Virus record (IMG/VR): IMGVR_UViG_3300023179_000075 | Origin: an uncultured virus (IMG/VR IMGVR_UViG_3300023179_000075) | Taxonomy: Duplodnaviria; Heunggongvirae; Uroviricota; Caudoviricetes | DNA length: 64,000 nt | Direction: 5' to 3' (one strand) | Part shown: one piece after another, positions 58,795 to 64,000 of the stretch | Layout of the letters: every line of letters starts with the position of its first letter | How positions within the stretch are numbered: position 1 is the first letter of the stretch | Notes under the pieces: generated by a model | What the model was told of the DNA's origin: nothing | The model's input: the letters and a program-made list of their open reading frames with translations, nothing else | The model's database searches: none | Translations under genes and position numbers: made by a program

Positions 58795-59052
58795 TTATTT
58801 GTTTTGGTTATAGGTTTGGTTGTAGTATTCTTCAGGAAAATTCATCGATTCATCTACTTTACATTGATTATCAAGATAACCTGCTATATAAGAGTTTCTA
58901 GATGTTTCAATTATCTGCTCTTTTTCTTTTTTCCAGTATTTTCGTATAGCTGATGCTTTTAATATCCTTAGTACTTCTCTTACTTCTGGTGATTCGTGTA
59001 GATCTAAATACGCTGTCATTTCATCAATCAACTCTTGCATTGCTGTTTTCAT
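58795..59052 (-). CDS. MKTAM-family small protein
   Basis: KEKEQII..YYNQTY. Confidence 0.6.
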   Translation of the reverse strand: MKTAMQELIDEMTAYLDLHESPEVREVLRILKASAIRKYWKKEKEQIIETSRNSYIAGYLDNQCKVDESMNFPEEYYNQTYNQNK

Positions 59053-59058
59053 ATAGTT

Positions 59059-59391
59059 TTATTTAGTTGCATCCCATTCTTCAATAATGAATTCTAATCT
59101 AATTTGAGCTAATTTATAGTTTTTAGTTCTCCAAGCTGTTGCTTTTAATCCTCCACTAGCGCTAATCCATCCAATACCTTTATCTTCTGTATTTTTTGGA
59201 TTTAATGCTTGCTTAATAGCAGATTCAAGTCTCTCTTGTGCTGCTACTTTTAAATCTAGTGTAGTAGGTATACTTCCACCTTCACCTAAACCAGCCCATT
59301 TCCAATTCAATTCTTCCATTATTACTGCTACTTTATGCCAATTAAAGTTATCAATAATTTCATTTATCATTGTTTGGTTTCTCTTTTTCAT
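59059..59391 (-). CDS. Hypothetical protein
   Basis: EIIDNFNWHKV..M..LNWKW. Confidence 0.6.
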   Translation of the reverse strand: MKKRNQTMINEIIDNFNWHKVAVIMEELNWKWAGLGEGGSIPTTLDLKVAAQERLESAIKQALNPKNTEDKGIGWISASGGLKATAWRTKNYKLAQIRLEFIIEEWDATK

Positions 59392-59555
59392 AACTTATTT
59401 GTTTTATTCAACTTATATTCAATATCCGCCTTCTCATGTTCGTATTTTTTTATTTGATGCGACTTATACATCTTTCCAATCCAATTGGTAGCTGGATATT
59501 GTTGCCAATATACTATTTTTGCTTTGACCTCTTTTAATTGTTTTTTGAGTGCCAT
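59388..59555 (-). CDS. Small basic protein (55 aa)
   Basis: Manual translation MALKKQLKEVKAK...; ATGA overlap with the next gene. Confidence 0.5.
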   Translation of the reverse strand: MALKKQLKEVKAKIVYWQQYPATNWIGKMYKSHQIKKYEHEKADIEYKLNKTNKL

Positions 59556-59564
59556 TGATTTATT

Positions 59565-60317
59565 TTATATTATGAAATTACCACTTATTTCTCTGCCTGC
59601 CAAATCAATTTCAACCTCCCAAGGTGCATTTAATGGCTCGTACTGATGATTACAAATACTAGCATTAAAATAATGAGTATTTTCATCGTAATCATAGCCG
59701 TAACATTCATGAATATGTCCACTAATATGAATTAATGGTTTAATTGACTGTATTCGTTGTCTTAAATGCTCACATCCAGCATAATGTTGATCGTGTGCTA
59801 CATAATCTAATTTGTATGCTATAGGTCCGTGTGTTATAACAATGTCAGTATCCATTGGAATTTTATTCCATACTGCATCTATATCTTCACCTCTATGTTT
59901 ATTGAATGCCCATCTATCTCCATGAAACCAAGGTGTAACTGGGCTACCCCATATCTTGATTCCTTCTATAGTAACTGAGTTATTCTCTAAGTAGCGTACG
60001 TTAGATGGTAAATTAGCTAAAGCCTCTTGTAACCATAATGGTTTTTTTCTATCTCCTTCTTCAATATCATCATCACCAAACTTAGGGCCATCAAACGTCC
60101 TGTCATGATTACCAGCTATAAATACTATTCCATGGGTATAGCGAGGTGCTTGTTGCACTAACCATTTAAGTACGTCTTGTACTTCATGCTTCAATCCTTG
60201 TGCACTGAAGTCACCAGCATGAATAAGCAAATCACCATCCGGTAGTCTACTCCCCATAGCTACAGATGTTAAATGCTTATGTCTATTATGCGTATCGCTA
60301 ATAACTACTAGTTTCAT
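59565..60317 (-). CDS. Calcineurin-like metallophosphoesterase (MPPED/239FB type)
   Basis: ISDTH, HAGD, AGNHD, ITHGP, SGHIHE. Confidence 0.9.
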   Translation of the reverse strand: MKLVVISDTHNRHKHLTSVAMGSRLPDGDLLIHAGDFSAQGLKHEVQDVLKWLVQQAPRYTHGIVFIAGNHDRTFDGPKFGDDDIEEGDRKKPLWLQEALANLPSNVRYLENNSVTIEGIKIWGSPVTPWFHGDRWAFNKHRGEDIDAVWNKIPMDTDIVITHGPIAYKLDYVAHDQHYAGCEHLRQRIQSIKPLIHISGHIHECYGYDYDENTHYFNASICNHQYEPLNAPWEVEIDLAGREISGNFII

Positions 60318-61054
60318 AACTTAAAGATAGTAAATTTATTTTGATTATCCAACAAAACAGCTGTTAAATTTTCCACCCAATCTCCTGAGTTTAGGTAATG
60401 AGCTCCATCTATAATTCTATCTGCTGGTTGGTGTATATGTCCACATATTACTCCATAACAATTATGTTTGTGAGCCATCTTAATTGCTGTTATTTCAAAG
60501 TCATTAACGTAGCTAGTTGCTACTTTAACACCTTCTTTAATTTGTTGAGATATTGAATGATATGGTAATCCTCTCCATGTTCTGTATCTGTTATACCACC
60601 TATTAATCCATAAAGCCAAATCATATCCAATTGATCCTAATTTAGCTAACCACTTATATTTAGTAATAAACACATCAATTACATCGCCGTGAAATACAAA
60701 ATAATGTTTTGATGTCCATTTACTATCTACCCTTTCGTATAATTCTAATTTATAATTTTCTCGTATTTCTATTTTACCTACATTAGTATCTATAAAATCA
60801 TATAAGAATTCATCATGATTACCTCTAATCCATATAATCTTAGTTTTATGGGATAGTTTAAGTAATTTAGCTAGTACCTTTGTATGTGATTTTTTCCACT
60901 TAGATCCTCTCTTTAACGCCCACCCATCAACTATATCTCCGTTAAGTATTAGTAAATCTGTTGGATGATCATCCAAAAAATCAATAAATTCTTTGGCTTT
61001 TGAATCCATTGTACCCAAATGAAGATCGGATACTATAATGGCTTTATATCTCAT
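60314..61054 (-). CDS. Metallophosphoesterase, YbbF/LpxH-like
   Basis: VSDLHLG, LNGDIVDGW, RGNHDE, FHGD, CGHIHQP, YLNSGDWVE. Confidence 0.85.
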   Translation of the reverse strand: MRYKAIIVSDLHLGTMDSKAKEFIDFLDDHPTDLLILNGDIVDGWALKRGSKWKKSHTKVLAKLLKLSHKTKIIWIRGNHDEFLYDFIDTNVGKIEIRENYKLELYERVDSKWTSKHYFVFHGDVIDVFITKYKWLAKLGSIGYDLALWINRWYNRYRTWRGLPYHSISQQIKEGVKVATSYVNDFEITAIKMAHKHNCYGVICGHIHQPADRIIDGAHYLNSGDWVENLTAVLLDNQNKFTIFKL

Positions 61055-61147
61055 AAATAAAGACTTAGTTCAGCTATAAATATGAGGAATGCTAATGTGC
61101 CTATGATTAGCGTTTCGATATTATAAAATAGTTTCATATTATTTATT

Positions 61148-61486
61148 TTAATCTTTCCAAAATATCTGTAATGCAACTATCATAGATGCTAATAATAAAC
61201 ATGCCATTGTTTTTAATGTTGGATGTTCTTTAAGTATTAGCCAACTCATTATTGTAAATATTATAATACCAACACCAAATCCAATTAAACGGCCTGGCCA
61301 GTTTGCTCCATAATATTCGTTAAATAATTTAGTTGTTGTAATGTAAATAAGAGATATTGGTAAACCTAATAACATCATTATGTATGGATTTTCTCTAGGA
61401 AACCTCCAGGCTATTTGTCCTTGTAATTGAATAAAGGATACTATACCTCCTATTATACATAGTATAAATGCTATTGTTATTTTCAT
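61148..61486 (-). CDS. Four-TM small membrane protein (SMR/DMT-like)
   Basis: Four hydrophobic helices; LKEHPT motif. Confidence 0.55.
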   Translation of the reverse strand: MKITIAFILCIIGGIVSFIQLQGQIAWRFPRENPYIMMLLGLPISLIYITTTKLFNEYYGANWPGRLIGFGVGIIIFTIMSWLILKEHPTLKTMACLLLASMIVALQIFWKD

Positions 61487-61516
61487 AATATAAATATATG
61501 ATTTCTATTTTGCCGA

Positions 61517-61675
61517 TTAGTCTAGGTGATCATCCCAACCATCACGTCCTGCTGAGTTTAGGAAATCTTCACCCTTATAGTCTGGGTGTTTAGTTTTCAT
61601 ATTGTCAATTGATATTGACCAAATACAAGCTATTGGTAACACAATAACAAGTGTAATAATGATTAATCCCACCAT
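61517..61675 (-). CDS. Small membrane-anchored protein (52 aa)
   Basis: Manual translation MVGLIIITLVIVLPIACIW..HPDYKGEDF. Confidence 0.5.
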   Translation of the reverse strand: MVGLIIITLVIVLPIACIWSISIDNMKTKHPDYKGEDFLNSAGRDGWDDHLD

Positions 61676-62163
61676 CTTCTAATGTTTTGTTCTAGTATTG
61701 TAAATAATAATTTATGTGCTCGTTCTCCATTTATTCTAGCCATTTGAAATGCTATTTTTTCTTTAGGTGCTTGCAAATCAGGGACCATTCTATATATTAA
61801 TGGATATTTTTTAAAATAATCATCGTAGTGTTCTGATATTAGTTCCTCCTCCATTTCATAACTACCTGGGTGGGAAATACTAGGTACAAATTTAATATCT
61901 GATTTGTAGTAGTCTTGATATTCACAGCCGTAATATTCACTTTGGACTTTATCCATCAATCTAACACATAACATCATTATTTCAGCATCGCGTTTAGCAG
62001 ATAAATGACGGTCTTTCTTACCAATATATTCAGCTTGATTTTTAAGTTTAAATTTTAATATTTCAAAGATATAGTGGTCATCCCAATCCTTATCTTTCCA
62101 GATAATGGGAAACCAACGAATTAAATTATAAATTTGTTTGAAGAATTGCTGGATTTTATACAT
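61663..62163 (-). CDS. Hypothetical phage protein
   Basis: WFPIIWKDKDWD..ILKFKLK..ending RWWD. Confidence 0.65.
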   Translation of the reverse strand: MYKIQQFFKQIYNLIRWFPIIWKDKDWDDHYIFEILKFKLKNQAEYIGKKDRHLSAKRDAEIMMLCVRLMDKVQSEYYGCEYQDYYKSDIKFVPSISHPGSYEMEEELISEHYDDYFKKYPLIYRMVPDLQAPKEKIAFQMARINGERAHKLLFTILEQNIRRWWD

Positions 62164-62212
62164 AACCTGCTATTTTTAATAAATATACAAAACTATTTTG
62201 CCTTAACCAAAT

Positions 62213-63559
62213 CTATAACATCATTCTAGAACCTATTAGAAAGTAACTTAATATTGGAGTATTTGGTGTTGTTGATATACTTGTTTTATAATCAATATTA
62301 AACCCAAATCTTTTACTTAATTTAAAACTATATCCTGTACCTATTAAACCTGTTATATTGTAATTCCAGGTACTTCCTGTTTTATTATTAAAAGCATAAG
62401 GTGAAGCCATTAAGAATACTCCTGGAGATAGCACTGATTTTCTACTTATTGGATATGGTTTAGTCCAAAACGCTGTTGTTGACGTCATAGTTGAGTACGA
62501 GTACCCAACATCATCTTTTAATTTGATATTAATATAAGATAGATTATAACCGTATGTTCCGTATTTAGGATGTGGTTTAATGTATGTATAACCTCCAAAT
62601 GTTAAATTGGTACCCGCTACACGAGCAATGGTATATGAATATGATTTAATAGCGGTTAAATTGCCATTTTTAAGTATCATATCACTCTTGTTGATAGACA
62701 GAGCGAACGATTTTAAATCGCCCCAAATCATTGAACTAACACCCCAACTTGATTCACCGGTAGCCGATGATTGAGACATACTTAATGATATGATAGGTGT
62801 AAATCCACCTGTTGCGTTTTGACCTACGGTTAGATCAGAACCAATCATTACGGGGTTTATTATTACTTTTTTCTTTTCCTCTTTTTTAGTTTCCTTTTTA
62901 TCTTCTTTTTTTTCCTCTTTAGTTTCAGATTTTTCTTCTTTAGTTTCAGATTTACTTTCTTCTTTTGACTCGGTTTTTGATTCGCTTTTGCTTTCCGTTT
63001 TGGTTTCCGTTTTTGATTCGCTGCTTGTGCTGCTTCCTCCATTGCTGCTCTCTCCACTTGAGCTTGGCGAAGATGAAGAGCCCGATGACGATGATGACTG
63101 GGATGAAGAGGATGAAGGAGGTGGCGGTGGTGCACCACTCGATGCTGCTCCTGAAGCCGCGGAAGATGCTGCTCCAGAAGCGGCTCCACTTGCTGCTCCG
63201 GATGCTGCTGCACTCGCTGCTGATGACGCTGCTGAACTTGCTGCTTGTGACGCTGCTTGTGCTGCTGCTTGGGATACTGCTTGTTGTACTGCTGTTGTTA
63301 CTACTGGTGTTGTTACGGGGCATGGTTTAGATAACACTTGATTAACCCATACATATACTGCTCCTGATGCTGCCTCAGTATAGCTGAATGACTTATATTC
63401 ATTTCTGATTATTGCCATTACAGCTTGGGCTTGGACAGGAAATGTAATAGTATATGTTTTACTATCACATGGATCTATATAGGTTTGAGTAAGAACCTGT
63501 CCCTTAGTTATGAAACTAACTAACGTTAGTAATAACGTGTATATTATTTTTTTCAACAT
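62213..63559 (-). CDS. Secreted/outer-membrane protein with low-complexity linker and probable beta-barrel
   Basis: Signal peptide; A/S/G then S then E/K-rich linker; amphipathic strands ending YFLIGSRMML. Confidence 0.6.
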   Translation of the reverse strand: MLKKIIYTLLLTLVSFITKGQVLTQTYIDPCDSKTYTITFPVQAQAVMAIIRNEYKSFSYTEAASGAVYVWVNQVLSKPCPVTTPVVTTAVQQAVSQAAAQAASQAASSAASSAASAAASGAASGAASGAASSAASGAASSGAPPPPPSSSSSQSSSSSGSSSSPSSSGESSNGGSSTSSESKTETKTESKSESKTESKEESKSETKEEKSETKEEKKEDKKETKKEEKKKVIINPVMIGSDLTVGQNATGGFTPIISLSMSQSSATGESSWGVSSMIWGDLKSFALSINKSDMILKNGNLTAIKSYSYTIARVAGTNLTFGGYTYIKPHPKYGTYGYNLSYINIKLKDDVGYSYSTMTSTTAFWTKPYPISRKSVLSPGVFLMASPYAFNNKTGSTWNYNITGLIGTGYSFKLSKRFGFNIDYKTSISTTPNTPILSYFLIGSRMML

Positions 63560-63567
63560 TCATTAGA

Positions 63568-64000
63568 TTATTTCTTAAATATATTCTTCTTAATCATTCT
63601 TAGTAGTATTCTACTACAGGCTATATCTAATGCTTTTTTAGTTGTCGTTCCTATTGTTGATTGGTTAAATTTAATATCAGATAAAGTAGCATCACTCATT
63701 AAACTCATTTCACGAGTTGTTTTAGCTTCACCTAATCCACTTGCTGATAGTATTTCACCCGTTTCAGCGTCTGTAAAACGTACCTGTAAGCCTAAACGAG
63801 TTACAACTAAATTCTTAACTCCATCTTTTAAATTAACTGTTTCATCTTCACTTACTGAGAAATCATATACTTCAATTTCAACGAAGTAATGAGCAAGACG
63901 TATTTTACCACGTCCATCTAATTTATCTTGGCTAATTCCAGATTGTGACGCCTGAAATTGTTTTACCATTCTATTCTTTATTTCTGTTTTATCTTCAGTG
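63568..64000 (-). CDS. CsgG-like protein, C-terminal part
   Basis: Frame open to the window edge; EVYDF..LGLQVRFTDAETGEIL..G.A..IGTTTKKAL matches the CsgG/HfaB pattern. Confidence 0.7.
   Translation of the reverse strand, partial: TEDKTEIKNRMVKQFQASQSGISQDKLDGRGKIRLAHYFVEIEVYDFSVSEDETVNLKDGVKNLVVTRLGLQVRFTDAETGEILSASGLGEAKTTREMSLMSDATLSDIKFNQSTIGTTTKKALDIACSRILLRMIKKNIFKK

Noticed and set aside
62863..63323. Alternative-frame minus-strand ORFs inside 62213..63559
   Set aside because: By-products of the low-complexity linker.
365..63341. All plus-strand ORFs in the track (e.g. 365..754, 17357..17710, 23062..23472, 37129..37503, 62965..63341)
   Set aside because: Antisense shadows of well-supported minus-strand genes, with no motifs or leaders.
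1..64000. Stop-codon reassignment, tRNA genes, introns or inteins
   Set aside because: Long genes are intact under the standard code with TAA, TAG and TGA all used as stops; no cloverleaf was recognised; terminase and primase are of normal length without visible insertions.

Overview
AT-rich, gene-dense segment of a large lytic myovirus-type (T4-like morphogenesis) dsDNA phage. Essentially every credible gene is on the minus strand and the standard genetic code fits. A-rich leaders without Shine-Dalgarno sequences and TAnnTT(C/T)A promoter boxes suggest a Bacteroidota host (inference). Reading in the direction of transcription: (i) 64-56 kb, a CsgG-like protein, a probable outer-membrane protein, two metallophosphoesterases and a secreted NucA-type nuclease; (ii) 55.7-44.1 kb, an array of small genes, most preceded by a copy of one ~45-bp promoter/leader motif (about 27 copies), including AT-hook proteins, a RadA-like ATPase and DUF932; (iii) a GC-rich noncoding junction at 44.1-44.45 kb; (iv) a gp55-like sigma factor, baseplate and virion genes and a GH19 lysin, preceded by an ATATTTAT motif; (v) a virion gene split by a mucin-like Thr-repeat extension plus three glycosyltransferases (HPAT/SRGT-like, GT6, GT61), the strongest candidate for a new system (phage-encoded virion protein O-glycosylation); (vi) GIY-YIG nuclease, primase and PD-(D/E)XK nuclease; (vii) many probable head-packaged proteins sharing short leader motifs, including tandem Pol-beta-type nucleotidyltransferases; (viii) terminase large subunit and the start of the portal. 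All protein calls come from motif recognition by eye; no database search was run.
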